DNA from: Felis catus
Taxonomy: Eukaryota
NCBI RefSeq assembly: GCF_018350175.1
Contig: NC_058368.1
Coordinates: forward strand, 201,750,001 to 201,814,000
DNA: 64,000 nt
Reading direction: 5' to 3'
Positions 39,112 to 53,758 of the stretch are shown here, piece after piece (within the stretch, counting starts at the first letter, position 1; each line of letters starts with the position of its first letter). A program made the translations under genes and the position numbers. Below the pieces are notes generated by a model that had not been told where the DNA came from, ran no database searches, and saw only the letters and a list, made by a program, of their open reading frames with translations.

Positions 39112-40142
39112 AGTTTGTATCTTGATTAGTGTTTAGGCATTTGAACACTTTCAATTTCTGTTTCTGGCTAAATTTACCCAAGCCAAAATGTTTTCAGGTT
39201 TCATGCCAATATCTATTAAATCATCATTACGACATCACAGGCCTGATCAAAGAGATATATATACCCGAGTGAAAAACAGAAATGTAGGACAGTAGACAAA
39301 GCACATAAAATCTAGACCCAACTACCAACTAGCTATCGATCCCTTTTAACTAACCCATGGTTGCTTTAGTTCTAAAGTGAAGGTCTGCAGATGCTCTTTG
39401 AGGATCGTCCCAGCTGTATGAATGAATTCTGTTTTCTCTTTTCGTTGTTCTTTAAATAATCATTTCTAAACCTTCCTCAAACTATTTTGACATCTGTAAT
39501 AATAAAATCATCTTTGTTTAGACATGAGAAAGTAGGACATAAAAAGGATAAGGAATGCATTTAAGGTAACAGAATGAGTCAGTGACTGAATAGAATGTTT
39601 TCAAACTCAAATTCCTTCTCTGGAATTCTCCCACTTGACTCCAGAGGTGCCAATTTTTTTTTTTTTTTTTTTTGCCCCCGAAAATTCCGAGGACAGCTAG
39701 GTTCCTTAACGTGTAAGTTTTGTAGGGACCTATAGATTGTGATTAAAGGCTGTTAACAATGTGACTATTTTCTCTTCCCTGCCCTACCAGACTATGCAAG
39801 CCATTACTGGGACTTCCATGAACAACTGGGGCAAGATGGGTAGAGAGCTATGAGAAAGCATCTGTGAAACTATTGTTTCCATTCTATTTCAAAGGCAAAA
39901 TAATTTAAGCCAAGTCATTCCATTATTCATTACTATGTACCTTCAGAAAAATAATACAATTAAAATAATAATTATATTGGCTTTGTAATATAATCTGGAT
40001 ATCTCCCCTGAGTGTCATATTATATAATATTTATACACTTCATATCAACCTTCAAACCAATCAACTATTATCCCTATTTTAAAGATGGGGAAGCAAAAGC
40101 TAAGAGAAATCAAACAATTTGCCCAAATTATTTAAGTAATTA

Positions 40143-40248
40143 AGGGGCGGCTGGGTGGCACAGTCAGTTGAGTCTCCCTCTCTCTCTGTCTCTCCCCTGC
40201 TTTCTTGTTCTCTCTCTCTGTCTCTCAAAAATAAATAAACAAAAAAAA
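40143..40248 (+). mobile_element. Internally deleted CAN-SINE inserted in a MIR remnant
   Basis: Head (…CAGTCAGTTGAGT) is joined directly to the (CT)n tract and tail. Flanks resemble MIR (ATCCCTATTTTAAAGATGGGGAA...TTGCCCAA). Confidence 0.8.
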
Positions 40249-41039
40249 TTACACATGGCAAGTAAGTGGTAAAACTGTCTGAATTCAAACATCAGTTCTT
40301 TGCTATGCTTTTTTTAATATTAAAAAGCTGTCACTCAACAATTGCAATATCTTGTAAAACATAAAAAAGGGATGAGAAAATTCACACCCACCAGTAGGTG
40401 AGCCTCCTAATTAAAGGTGGGAACTGATGAGAAAAAATTCTGCTGTTCTGTTCCAGTGGAGCCAATTATCTGTGACTTGTAATATATTTGCCTTCAAAAA
40501 GCAAAAATCTGTCTACAGTATAAATTCCATAAGGAAGCACAAGTAAACCAGAAGGTTGCTCTATTTCTTCGCTGCATTTAAAAAAGCCCACATATCATTT
40601 AACATTGCATTTATGAACATGTTACTTAAAGTATACTTAATACTCAATAAAGATCTTCTTTGTTCACACGAAACAAAACTATGACATGAATTTCAATAGG
40701 TGGCACAGGTTACTTAATACATTAAAATTATGAAGTGATAAATCTGTTCCTAAGGAAATAAACAAAGTGCCATAATCCTGAATCTGGAGGATTATGCTCA
40801 TATATTTCCACAGGGCAAAGCAAATTCCAAATTTTCAAAGCTAGATGATGAGCTAATCATTCAACCATATAATCCAGAGAAAGTAGGGAGGGAAAAGACT
40901 GAGGAACATTAGCAGAAGGAACTAATGAAGTACTACCAAGATTACTGATAGTAATTACTATCAAGACTTAGAAATTTTCAAAAACAACATAAAAAGCTAT
41001 CTGTTTGAGTTGATTTTTACAATAAGTAAACTCTGGGGG

Positions 41040-41900
41040 AGAAAAACCAAAAGGAGAAAAAGACAAGAACAAATGTAAAACAATAGGTACGAGACAGGAG
41101 AAATAACCACAAAGAGGCAGATTTTCAAATGTACAGGCCGAATACGATAAAAAACTTTTTGCTACAGAAGTTGGGACATTTCACCAACACAGTGAGCTTT
41201 CATGTTTAAAAGTGACTAAGAAACAGAAAAACAAAACAGACAATAATCGCGGCAGAAAAATAACAACTGCCCCAGAACCATCCCTGAAGAGATGCCAGGC
41301 TCAGAGAGATTTGCTGGCATGTTCTAGCAAATGCCAAAGAATAGCTGCATTTCTTCAGCAATGCCAACTCTTTAACAGCAAAATATATGGCAAGATGCGT
41401 ACGGTTCTTACGGATCAACATTAAGATGCCTGCTAAACAACCTTGTTGTTCAAAGGAGAAAGCGTACGTGATACCTCAATAGATGTTAAGCAAGAATTTG
41501 ATCAAGACTTACAACTCATTCTTAAAAAAAAAAAAAAAAAAAAGACTTGGTAAAACGAGAAAACTAGTTTTCTGAAAGTAGATGGAAACACGCTCACTAA
41601 TTTTGGAAAAGAAGGACAAAGCTGCCAACTTTCACAATCATCATTAAAAATTATTCTGGAAGTTCTAGCAGTGTAATGGCAGAAAAGACACAAGGATGAA
41701 TACCGGGAAGGGAGAGCAAACATAATTTGTATGCAATATTAGCTACCTGAGAAATCAAGTGTGTTAACTGAACTTTTAATACAAATAAATGTAGATTAAA
41801 ATTTAATAAAATGGGTAAAATATTGTCATAGTAACACTTTGAATTTTTTTTAATGTAGTAATACGAAGAACACTCCATAAAAATAACTCCCACTGTTTCT
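41040..41900 (+). mobile_element. Very old L1 ORF2 remnants
   Basis: A-rich degenerate L1-like motifs (CTCAATAGATG..AAGAATTTGA, ATTCTGGAAGTTCTAGC). Confidence 0.5.
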
Positions 41901-43268
41901 TTCATACAAGTGACAGGAATCAGAACTAAATTACAGACTTGGTTTTACCACCAAACTGCATGTCCTTGGGAAATACTCTTTACCCTCTCTTGACACATTG
42001 CTTCAATTATAAATGGTCACGATAGCCTCTGTTCTGCTTATACACAGACTGGCATTTAGAGTCTATTCTATTATGTGTATGAAAATACTTGGTATACAGT
42101 GTACTGGTTACATCAGCCAATTCAAAATTCTACCCCAAAATGCATTAATCTTTCTCACACCAAAACTTGTGTTTTTTTACACTCCTTTTATTTTTAGAAA
42201 TGAAATTATAGTGGAAATTCGCTACAGACTTTTTCCAAGAAGGGAACTTATTTTTAAAAAGCACAAATGATAACTAGTGTTTTAAGTTTCAATTTTTGTA
42301 TATTGCATTTCCTAAAGGGGCTACCTCCCGCACAGAGAGAAAAAGCCAGTGATACCTCTTGGCCACAAGAGGGAGCTAAACATTTGGCTCCCTTCGTTAT
42401 TACTAAGGGCATCTTCTGCCCTATTTCCTGTGCTACAGAATAATTCACTTACTGTCTTCAACGTGGCTTTGATTTGTGGCATTACCTCTATCACTCTGAC
42501 TTCAAGTCCTCTCATGACTGACATCTCTAGGAGCTGCCTCAGATGAGAAGCACAATAATTATAATATTCACAACACTGGATCTTTTATTTTCCTAACACA
42601 CTTAGCAAATATTCAGTATCAAAAACATCCTATACCATAAGGGAGAGAGCTGATTACAAAATCTTCTACAAAAAAAATTTTCTTTGTAAATACTTCTTGT
42701 GTTCCTTCTTCCAATGAAATCTGTTTAGAACTCTTTTTATACTACTATTAAAAAAAAAAGGCCATCTCTTTAATAATGAATAATTCCCCTTGTAAAACTG
42801 TACAAAAGTTTTAAAGACTAATATGCTTAACATATATGGAGATCATAGCAAAATAACTGAAACTGTAGTTTATGACTTACAAAATTATTTTTAAATGTAA
42901 CATCTGATCTTATAAAAAGATTAAATGCATGATGCAAACAACCACAAAAAATACTAGCATGAATGCTAAAGAAATAAGTTTTACATCTTCATACTATCTT
43001 ATGAACTAACCATTTTTAAAAGTACTCAAAGTATGTATCATCAAAGTTGCCTATAGCAATCTAGTCATTTTACACAGAAAAATATGATCCAAATCATGCA
43101 GAGTATGTGAATAAAATGGCTAGATTTGAATAAGAATTGGAATTAGGTTTCTAATTTATGACACTGACAGATCACAACAGTTAGTTTGGTGACCACCTGA
43201 TTTTATTAAGTCAGAATGCTGGAGTAAAACATATATGAAATACAGGCAGTTAAAATTTGCTATTCTTT

Positions 43269-43480
43269 GGGGCGCCTGGGTGGCTCAGTCGGTTGAGTGA
43301 CTGACTTCGGCTCAGGTCATGATCTCACGGTTTGTGAGTCCGAGCCCCGCATCAGGCTCTGTGCCTACAGCTAGGAGCCTGGAGCCTGCTTTGGATTCTG
43401 TGTCTCCCTCTCTCTCTGCCCTTCCCCACTCATGCTCTGTCTCTCTCTGTCTCAGAAATAAATAAACATTAAAAAAAAAA
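43269..43480 (+). mobile_element. CAN-SINE
   Basis: Full structure; TSD AAATTxGCTxTTCTTT. Confidence 0.93.
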
Positions 43481-43894
43481 TTGCTGTTCTTTGCCACAAA
43501 ATATGATAAACAATAGATGCTTGCATTATACTCTTTTCTCCGAGGTAAAGTAATCAGGTTGTATTTTTTCTGCATTAAGTCTACAATACTTATGTTCTTA
43601 TTCAAGATAAAATTACAGATATCACTTGTGAGGAAAATACTAAAGAGAAACATCTTGTTTACGTATCTGAAAATTGTCATGACTAAAATGTTGGCATACA
43701 CAGCTTGGGCTCTGATGAGATTACATGTGTCTAGAAAACAGGACTGACCATGGCCTAGAAGAAAAACCCTTGTTTGACTGATAGAAAAATGGATCTGCAG
43801 TGGTCTTACATTCTGTTTTCTAGGGAGAAGTGTTTGCGGGCGTAGTAATATATTTCAAGTAACAGACACTCAGCGAGACTACATAAACAAGATA

Positions 43895-44095
43895 CCTAGC
43901 CTAGTCCAGTGGTACAGTCCATAGACTCTGGACTCCTGGGTTCAAAACCCAGCTCTTCCTCTTACTAGCTGTGTCATCATTCATGAGGAAAAAAGTGATG
44001 CTATGGTAACAATGTCATAGGATCATTGTCAGAATTGTTTAATGAGACATATACTTAGAGAAATGAAGACAGGACTATTTTTTGCTATTACTATT
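43895..44095 (+). mobile_element. MIR fragment
   Basis: AGACTCTGGACTCCTGGGTTCAAAACCCAGCTCTTCCTCTTACTAGCTGTGT. Confidence 0.7.
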
Positions 44096-44494
44096 ATTTT
44101 TACCTATTATTTTAGCTGCTATCCTTACCTATTATTTTTACATTATGAGAACTCAAATGATGTTTCAAAGCCAACGACTGAACCAGTTCAGAGAATCTTT
44201 TTTTTTTTTTTACTTGCAATGAGAAAAATATATATAGGCTGAAGCTATACATGGGCTCAAGTAAACTATTTTTCATCAGGAAACTATTTTGATTCTGGAC
44301 TGCATCTCAGGGTAAGACATGTATCTCACAGGCAACCAACAGAATTTTTCTGGATCTTTAAGTCTTCCCCTGCCAACGCTTCACTCCCAGATATATTTAT
44401 ATACATTTTCCATCTCCAAAAGAAAAAAAAATATTCAAAGAAACCACGACACAAGTATTTGTAATAAAAACAGAAAGAAAAAAAAAAAGCATAC

Positions 44495-44532
44495 CTGGGT
44501 AATCTTCAGATACATGTACTGAATAGGATACA
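44495..44532 (-). CDS. PARP8: PARP8 internal coding exon (38 nt), (S)VSYSVHVSEDYP(D)
   Basis: Minus strand reads ttaacag|TGTATCCTATTCAGTACATGTATCTGAAGATTACCCAG|gtatg. Phase 2 to 1. Peptide matches the PARP8 N-terminal region as I recall it. Confidence 0.93.
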
Positions 44533-45419
44533 CTGTTAAAACAGGAAAAAAGAGAAAAGAAAGGCTCAAGTTACTGCTAAGCAATATATGTTTTTACAAA
44601 ATAAAAACCGTCATTATTACCCATTCATTTTTATAGATGAACAACTAACATCCAAAACAGATTAGAAAGAATATTTTGATTTTTGACATCGGAAACTTAC
44701 AGAGTTTTAAGATATATTTTCTGTGAGTGTAAATGATTTTTGAAGTATCGTTCTTCCCACAGTGGTACTTTGAGTACAGACAGGTCTTTTTAATCTCAGC
44801 AATATCTAATATTCCCTAATCTATGATCACTTGTGTTATCTGCTCAGATTTTATCAAACCACCTTCTTTTAACCCAAAATAAAGTATTCTTTCTGTTTGG
44901 TACGGCAGTCCAGAATTTAAACATTTGTTTTTGATACTGCTTCTCCACAATCTGCTGTGATTCTGAAACACGCCCTTTTCTTCAAAGACTTAACAAAATG
45001 ATGACAGCGTAACTCATAGTTGTTCATCAGCCAATCTCTCATCGTCACGATATAGAATAAACGAACTAACTCCAGACCTCAGGAGGACTGGGTTGCCTTA
45101 AAAACAATTTTTAAATTGCATTTTAACAATTTCACAACTCCTTCCCCAGTAACCCTACTGCCTTCAGGTATTACCTCAATGACACATGGGAAGCTATCAC
45201 AATTACTTCTCCACTTTCCTCTCTCTATCAGCTAGACTGTGAGTCTCTTGAGGTTAGGGTCCGTGTCTATTTTATTTTTAGCACAGTCCTCTATTTTACT
45301 GCATGACACACAGAACATATTCAATATTAGTTTTCTGAAGAGATTGGTGGAACTGCCACCTGCCAGAGAAAAGTCAAAATTTAGTTTAAGTTCAGCCAAA
45401 TTAACTGCCTGTTAACACA

Positions 45420-46900
45420 AATCAATTCTCTTTGAAGGAACAAAAAAAAAAAAAAATAGAATCTCTGCAAAGTATCATTCACAAAGTGAATCCTGTAAGA
45501 TTCAAATTACTTGACATATGAACAAACAGGAAAATCTAACCTATATTCAAGGGAAAGTTTGACCCAAATGCTGGAATCAGCCCACAATGATGTTAAAAAA
45601 GTTATTATAAGTATGTTTACAGAAGTAAAAATGAAAAATCCAATCCAAAGAAGAAAAAACAGATCATCAGGGTCTTTTGGACACTAGTAAAAGAGCAAAC
45701 ATTTTGTATAACTAAAGTTTCAGGAGGTAAAGAGAGAGAAAACACTGCAGGAAAAAAAAAAAGGGCTGCCAATTTCCCAGTTTGAGTCAAAGACTGATGT
45801 ACAGACTGAAGAAGCCCAGAAAACCCCAAACAGGTTACATGCAGAGAAAGCTACATCCAGGTGCACGTGGGCAAACTGCTGAAAACCAAATATAAGGAAA
45901 CATTTTTAAAAGAGACAAAACTGACACTATACACATAGGAAAACAGTAAGAATCAATGTTTCATAAGAAACTGTGGAGGACAGAGGACAGTAGAATGACG
46001 AAAAGCTGGGGGAGAACTGTGAACCCCGAATTCTACATCTAGGCCACGGATCTTTAAAAATGAAGATAAATTTAAAAACTTACAGATGAAAGAAAATTGT
46101 GGACGTCTGTGCCAGCAAACCTAAGGCAGAAAAAATCCCAAAGTTCTCCAGGTGAATGATATCAGAAAACAAAATATCCAGAGAGAATGGAGAGTAGCAG
46201 AAATTGTAAATATAAAAGACGCTTACTGTTTTAAAAATACATGACTTGTTTAAAGTAAAAATTCTAACACTTCACTGTGGGATTTATAACATATGTAAAT
46301 GTAATACACATGACAATTATAGCATAATGTCTGGGAGGGGTTAAATGCTCTTATGTAGTTTCAAGGTTCTTCTATCTTATTCAAAATGGGATAATACTAA
46401 CCCTAAACAATAACTTCTAAGAAAAGTTAAGGATATACACTGTAATCTCTAGAACAACCACAAAACAAAGAAACAAACAAGCAAACAAACAAATAAGCAA
46501 ACCTTAAAAAACAATAGCAAGGATTGCATTAAATGTGAATGGACTAAAAGGCAAAGCCAGCCAGAATGGATTTAAAAAAGCAAGATCCAATTCTATGCTG
46601 TCTTTAAGAGATCCACATTAAATATAAAGGCACAGATTCAAAGTAAAGGAGGGAAAATAACTAATAACTTCAAAATACATGAGGCAAAACTTGACAGAAT
46701 TAAAAGGAGAAAAGCACAACTCCACAATCATAATTTGAGTAACTGATAGAACTAGACACCCCCCACCCAAATCACTGAAGACTGAAGATCCGAAATAGAT
46801 TTTAATTACTGTAGAATATCCTTTTCCTTTCAGATACACATGGATGGAACGTTCACCAGAAAAGATCATTCACTGTGCTATAAAACTAGTCTTAGTAAAT
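45420..46900 (+). mobile_element. Old L1M fragments (ORF1 / inter-ORF / ORF2 start)
   Basis: CAAACTGCTGAAAACCAAA, CCCCGAATTCTACATC, TTAAATGTGAATGGACTAAA, AAGATCCAATTCTATGCTGTCT. Confidence 0.65.
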
Positions 46901-47429
46901 CTGAATGAATGGATGGTTGTGGTTCACCATAGTCCATATCCTGGGTTTCCTGACTCATCTAGCCCTTATAACTGACTAAGTCGTAAGCCCTCAAAGAGCC
47001 ACTGCCTTTTAGAATTTGTGACTGGACTTTGGGCAATGTGACTATGGCCACAGGCAATGCAACCCCTCCAGGCAAGCCCAAGTCTCCACCAATCAAATCC
47101 CTGGCCTGCTGCTTAGTCCCTGTAAAGAGATTAGGCAGAGACAAAAATGAATAAGGAAGTGAGAAGGAAAACAAGATGGTTTGTAATGAGAGCAAACACT
47201 GACACAAGGTTCTTTCATAAAGCATATTTAATTGATCAATGAATTCAAAAAGCATTTCTTGGTAACTTGATAAAAGACAAACACTATGTTAACGTCAACT
47301 ACGATTTAGGTAGAAAAAAAATCAGGAGATGATTTTGAATGATTAATTCAAGAGGAAACAAAGAATATAAAACAAGGAATATGATAGACATGGGAACTTA
47401 AACATTTTAAAGCACAACAGTATTTTTTC

Positions 47430-47810
47430 CTTCTTATTTTTATATAATTATAGGTTCATATGAAGTTGCACAGATAGTTGAGAGAACTCATGTAGCCTTC
47501 ATCCAGGTTACCACATTAATGACATGTTATGTACATACAGTACAATATCAAAAGCAGGATATCAACATTAGGTAAAGGGAGTATAGCTCTATATTATTTT
47601 ATCACATTTGCATCATGTACCACCATACATCAAGCTACGGAACTATTCGACCATTCAAGGATTTGCCTCGTGCTACCCTCATTAGAGTCAAATCCATCTC
47701 CCTTCACCTCAACATCCTTAACCCCAGGCAGCCACTAATCAATTCTCCATCTCTATAATTTTGTCATTTCAAGAACATTATATAAATGGAATCACAGAGT
47801 GTGCCATGAA
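47430..47810 (-). mobile_element. Old L1 3'UTR fragment
   Basis: CCCCAGGCAGCCACTAATCAATTCTCCATCTCTATAATTTTGTCATTTCAAGAACATTATATAAATGGAATCA. Confidence 0.7.
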
Positions 47811-50399
47811 GCACAATAGTATTTTGAGGCCAAATGAGTATTGTGAAAAAAACTGCTATGATTGGCAATATGTAGGATAGACTGAAGAAGAGGGAGACTG
47901 GATTCAAAAGCTACCGTAGTGGCAAAATATGAGCAACGATCAGTGGGGAGGTATGTAACGGGGAGGAGAAAACGCAGGAACAAATGGCAGATGTTGGAGC
48001 CCAGCCAAGAGACCAGCTTTGGAAATCATGGCCCTGAATCAAATGCCAAGAATTAAAAGATAAAATAACCATGCCAGTGATGCCTCAAACAAGCTGGGGG
48101 AAATATACACTATGACCTCAATGAATTTATTTGCCCCACAATTCATCTCCTTAGATAATGAAACTATACTATGTAGAAATGAAATTATTGACGATCAAGG
48201 TAACCCTTCATCTGGCAGTACTATGTGACAGAAGACTGGGATCTTGCCAGAGATTATACTCAGTACTAAACTGAATTAATTCCCAACAGCCTACCATCTC
48301 AACCAACAACAGTTGGCTCCATTTCTAATCCAAATGAATGTATAAATCCAAAATGAAACCTTAATACGTTCCCATGTCTATCTCCAATCAGGAAGCCTGT
48401 TGCAGTCATAGCCACAGAGATCCTGGATACCAGCCTTACTAGCTGAGTGGCATAAGAAAAGTTATTTCAACACGCTCAGATTCAACCTCTTTTCAGTAAA
48501 ATGGGAGAATCCAGAACTACCATATAAACCTGCTGTGATGATTTAATGGCTTAACAGGTGTGAGGCCCCCAGGACAACGCCAGACACATAGCAGCAGGTG
48601 CCGAGTAATTCTAGTCAGCTTCCAGTACAAGCAACGAAAATTTAGAGAAATGAAATTTTACATGAATGAATGTTTTATGGGGGAACTCAATTTATTTGAA
48701 ATCACAATGTATTCCATTTATCGGAGACCAAAACTAACACTGACGCTTTTACTTTATGGTAGCGTTACCCTCATGATGTTAGGAGACATTTCCATGTTCT
48801 TGATCATACCTGATTTTTCAAAGACAAAATAGAAAGCAAAAGCCCAGCAAAATGACTCATCAGCTCCTGTGCTATAGCACTTTCTTGGTAGTACACCAGA
48901 AGGAAAATCACCAGGGCTGTAAAATCCAAATCAGTTTCACTCTGTGGCTTACAGAGTTCTTAGGGAAACAATCTAGTACAAGCAGACACGGATGATTAAA
49001 CTAAAGGACCTAATACACAGGGCCAGAAAAAGAGAAAAAAGGCAAAGAACCAAGCTTAAGTAGATATAGGTGTAAGGGTATAATACTATATGTATAGGCT
49101 TACATAGCATGTGCTGCACATGCTAAATACTAAAGCAACCAAAATTATCATGAGGAAACGAAAGGGGAAGGCGAACAGGAGAAGGAAGAAAACCGTGGAG
49201 CAAGCTCTGAATTCTGATTCAGGAAAAAATGGCTTCAAAATTTTAGAATATGTTGAATTACAATTACACTGAGGTGCTTTGCCAGGGAAATTTAAGGTGG
49301 TCGTTATGCGGTCAATACTACATGCAACATAAATAAAATGGCGGCTTCCAGCCCTTATTCCTCTGAAAGCAACTGTCCCAACTAAAGACCTCTCTCTATT
49401 GCCACAAGCCTGTAAGGGAGCTCCTGGGGGAGCCCTCAGATGTGTGTTCACTATCTACCTAATCCTGTATTTTGTTTCTCTATTTGTTTACTCCTGTAAT
49501 TACAAGCATTCATAAGGTCATTCTTCTATCTAAACTCACCACTCACTCCATTACCATCCTATTTCTCCTGAAATGCCTGCAAAGAACTAAGAATAGGAGT
49601 TTATATCTAGTCCCCAAATTCACAGATATAAGGAAATTCTTTAAGAACAGTAGGGAGATGATGAAAAGGGCAGTTTTAACATAACAGGGAAGGGAACTCG
49701 GGTGTGAAGACAAAATGACTTTAGATTCCGAAGACCTCTCAGAGGTACTGGATTCAGTGGCTGTATTTTAATTGTTGGCCCCATAACGTTGCTGATACCT
49801 CAAACTCAAGAATCTTGCATCCCGAGCTCATACTTTCTCAACTACACCCGGGGGTTTTGACAGAGCAAGCAAAACCCAGAATCTCACCAGGTCTTTTACC
49901 TTACTCTCTAAAACAGTTTCTCTGGGAAGCCAGTCCTTACAGCTCCTTTTCCTCCCAGTTAGATCACGTTTAAAATTTACGTGGAAAAAAGAAAAAAGCA
50001 AAATCAGAAACTCACAAAAAACTGCAGCTACTGGCAGGCAACCCTCCATCCTGGCTACAATGCTTACGAGTACAGGCCTCAACTCTGTATGTTCACTTGC
50101 AAGACAACAGCTTAGACCTGAGGGTGTATGTTCCCTACCCCACTCACAGACCCGCTGCGAGCTCACCAGAAGAAAATTCACTCCAGCACCTGTCTTCCCC
50201 AATGTCCCAGTGTTACAGGGTGAAAAAGACACCGTCCAGCTATCCATCTCCTCAACCAACTCCTGCATCTCAAGCTAGACGGTGACTTTTGGCATGCTAG
50301 AAGCTCATTTTGCTCCTTGGATGCCATTTGCTTCCCAAAAGATTCATTATCGCATTTATTATCAGTTTTACCTTCCATAAATATTTTCTAAATATCCAG

Positions 50400-52420
50400 G
50401 CCAACCAGCTATAGCACCTTCGTTATTTACCATTATTCGTTACCAATTGTTTTGTCATTTATCCAGGATTAGGAATTTCTAGGGCACTCTTTCCTCTTTA
50501 CTTAAAAATCCTCACATCACCCACATCCATATGGACAACGTTGAGCTGCATATGGTTCCATGACCTCATCTTCCCTTAATTTTAGCTCACCAGATCCATG
50601 GCTACCCCTTGGACCTTGACTTGGAGTGTAATTGCTCTCCTTCTAAAATCTCAACTCGGTGTCCCACTTTTTGGCCACAATTTTATAACTCTTCAGGCCT
50701 CAGTCCTTTATTCCTGCTCACTGACACCCGCCAATCCCCATGCTTTCTTTCACTCTTTGTGCTCTTTATGGTCCCTTCAAGCTTCTTTTTCTTCTTCATG
50801 TGACTGTAGAGACCCAACTGCTCTCTCCACACCATCTTCAACTCCTTCATGGTGTACCCCTATTTTGCCCATGCCGACCACCTACCAGACCTGTAGCCAC
50901 CAAACCATAGATAAGTCATGTCTGGCCTTCTCAACTCCCTAGACCTGGGCTCTGAATGCCCCTGGAGAGGACAGTGGAACCAAGGCATCTGGAACCCCTG
51001 CAGACATGGAGTGCTCAATGCCAGTTCTGCACAACTTTGCCCAGTAACCCTTCATATACTCTTGTGCTTTATCTTTTTGGTAGTTTTTTTCAAACCTTCA
51101 CAACTTTCCAACGTCCTGTAACAACGTGCCCTTTCAACTATCCGCATGAAGATTAAAACAGAGCATCATATGGCTACTCCCGCAGGGCATTTTCATCCTT
51201 TCTCCTACTAACCACCTATAAGCTAATACTTTTCTCCTCCCACCCAGGAAGATGGAAATGTCTGTGCTTTTATCTAAGACTGGTCCATCTACTCGATTTA
51301 TAGATCCCGTAAATGAAGGCTCCATCTGGGACCTTGTTCCACAATTTGAAATTAATAAAAAATCTATAATTATGAAAGTGTTAGCAATTTACCCACAAAG
51401 ATATTAATGGTAGCACTGTTAAAATGAAGAAGTACCCAGAGAAGCAAAAATGTCAAAAATTGGATTATGTAAACTATTCTATACATACAATGCAACACCA
51501 GGCAACTCTGAAAAGGTAATGGTGTAAAATAACACGTAATGAAAGAGATATGTGTTTCCAGTACATTAAGGTACATATGAAAATTTAGACAGCTACAACA
51601 TATTTTTGTTAAAAACACATAGATACATATTTACTACAAATACATATTCATAGAAGCATGGCTTGAAAAATTATGACAAATTTCAACATTTCTTATCTCT
51701 TGGCGTTTGGATGAAAGGGAGCTTTATCTTTTGTATCTGTATTGTTTCAATCTTATAAAAAGTATTAAATAAAAAGAGGGAAAAGCCGGTAATTTTTACC
51801 TTGTAGCCTTTTCTTATTATCACTCTACTTTCCTTCTTAAAATCAAGTTTTTGCAAAGAGTCATCTAAGCCCTTTTTACTACCTACCTACTGGCAAGTGT
51901 ACATTCCAATCTGGCTTCCACCCCACCAAAATTCTGCTTCTTCACAACATCCCTGGTCTTTTTTTTCCCCCCTAGTCCTTTTCTTACGCAAATTCTCTGA
52001 TGCATTTAATAAAAATAAAGATATCGTGAAACCCTCCTTCCTTAGCTCCCAAACTCCATCTCTCCCCGGGTTCCCTCTGGTATTTGAAGATGCTCTTCTT
52101 AATTTCTTCATTTACAATATTTCAAATTTCATGCTGCTTTCATATTTCAATGCTTTCTCTCCATGCTGACTGCTCTATTTTCTCACATGAGTAATCTCAA
52201 CTATATCCATGAGTATCTCCTACCAGCCATACATGAGACTAAAAAATTCCCTATCTCCAAATCAGGCAGGCAGGCAGCTTTTTATTTTTCACATTTTTAA
52301 TAGGATATTCTGCAAGCAAATTAAACCCAAGTCATACAAAATAGGATTTATTGCATTCTCTACCTTACTTTTCAACTCGACAAACGAAACACCAAGAAAC
52401 CTGGGGCAAATAATAGTGGC
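50400..52420 (+). mobile_element. L2 fragments interrupted by an old L1 3' piece (about 51340-51780)
   Basis: Pyrimidine-rich L2-like tracts (CCCTTGGACCTTG, CTGGCTTCCACCCCACC); L1ME-like GGTAGCACTGTT...TGGATTATGTAAACT. Confidence 0.5.
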
Positions 52421-52974
52421 ACTTGCTGTTAGAAACTATAGATCTACTCACTATTTGACATTATCAGGGCACAAAAGCCTTGGATACTTTCTGGAGCAGG
52501 GAAATTCTGATTCAGTAGATGTGAGGTAGGACCTGGTATGTGCATTTCTGATTTACTTCTAAATTTTAATTCTTTAGCATGTCTTCCAAGGCTGTTCACA
52601 ATGTAACCCATAACAATCTGACCAGCCAAAACCCTGTCAAATACCCAGCGACCTGAACTTCTAACCATTTCAAGTTCTACCATTACCAAACAGGTCATTT
52701 TATTCACACAAAGCAAAGTTGCCCTAGACTCTGGATGTGAAATCTGGTTCCATCATTATTAACTGTGTGACTGCGTGCTAGACTGACTGTGAGCTAGAGA
52801 ATTACTTCTTTTTGACTCAGTTTCCTATCTATAGTCTACTATCTCTTAGGGTTGCTATGAAGAGTAAACAGGTTAATACACGTGAAACGCTTTGAAGAAA
52901 GGAAAAGAAAAGAAAAGAAAAGAGAAAAAACAATCAAAATTTTCAATAAACCTTAGCTGTTTCATTAATAATAT

Positions 52975-53228
52975 CCTTTTTAAAATTTTTTTAATTTAAA
53001 AAAAATGTTTAGTTATTTATTTTTGAGAGGGGAGAGGGGGAGAGAAGGAGAGGGAGAGAGAACAAGCAGGGGAGGGGCAGAGAGAGAGACAGACAGACAG
53101 AATCTGAAGCAGGCTCCAGGCTCTGAGCTGTGAGCACAGAGTCCAATGCTGGGCTTGAACCCACAAACTGTGAGATCATGACCTGAGCCGAAGTGGATGC
53201 TCAACCGACTGAGCCACCCAGGTGACCC
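52975..53228 (-). mobile_element. CAN-SINE
   Basis: Reverse-complement SINE; TSD TAATAATAT. Confidence 0.92.
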
Positions 53229-53675
53229 TCTTCTAATAATATTATCATTATTATTACTCCCACACATAGACTTAATTTCTGGAACACATTCCCCTCTCTC
53301 CTCAAGGCTCAATCTCAGGGACAACTTCCTATGAAACTTCTCCAACAATCCAGGAAGATTGGGCATTTCTTCCCCTATGTCCCACTTCATCGTGGCATTA
53401 ACTATCCAATAGACTGAAGGTATGGACCAAGCATTTTCATCCTCAAATTCCTAGAGCTTTGACACAGTCTTACCACTCAATAAATAATTTCTGAATAAAT
53501 GAACAAATCATATATTTTTCCAAAAGTACTAGATATTCCATGACAGTCCTTGATAGAAAACATATCGCTTCAGCAAGTGTTGAAATATTTGATGAAAATC
53601 AACAAATGCTGGTACCCAACAGTTCACCCTGGGGGTCCACACCACCATGCATGTGAATGTCCGGCTCTTCCTCAC

Positions 53676-53758
53676 ATTCTCTTCACAGGCTTTTCGTGAT
53701 GCACAGAATAGAGTGGGTTCTGAATGCCCGGATCATATGTGTTCTCCGTATTTGCCAT
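53676..53758 (-). CDS. PARP8: Candidate alternative first coding exon of PARP8, MANTENTYDPGIQNPLYSVHHEKPVKR(I)
   Basis: ATG in strong Kozak context (AAAATGG) with an in-frame TAG 18 nt upstream. 27 codons plus AT|gtgagg donor gives phase 2, matching the phase-2 acceptor of exon 44532. Non-repetitive sequence that retains CpGs. Confidence 0.6.
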
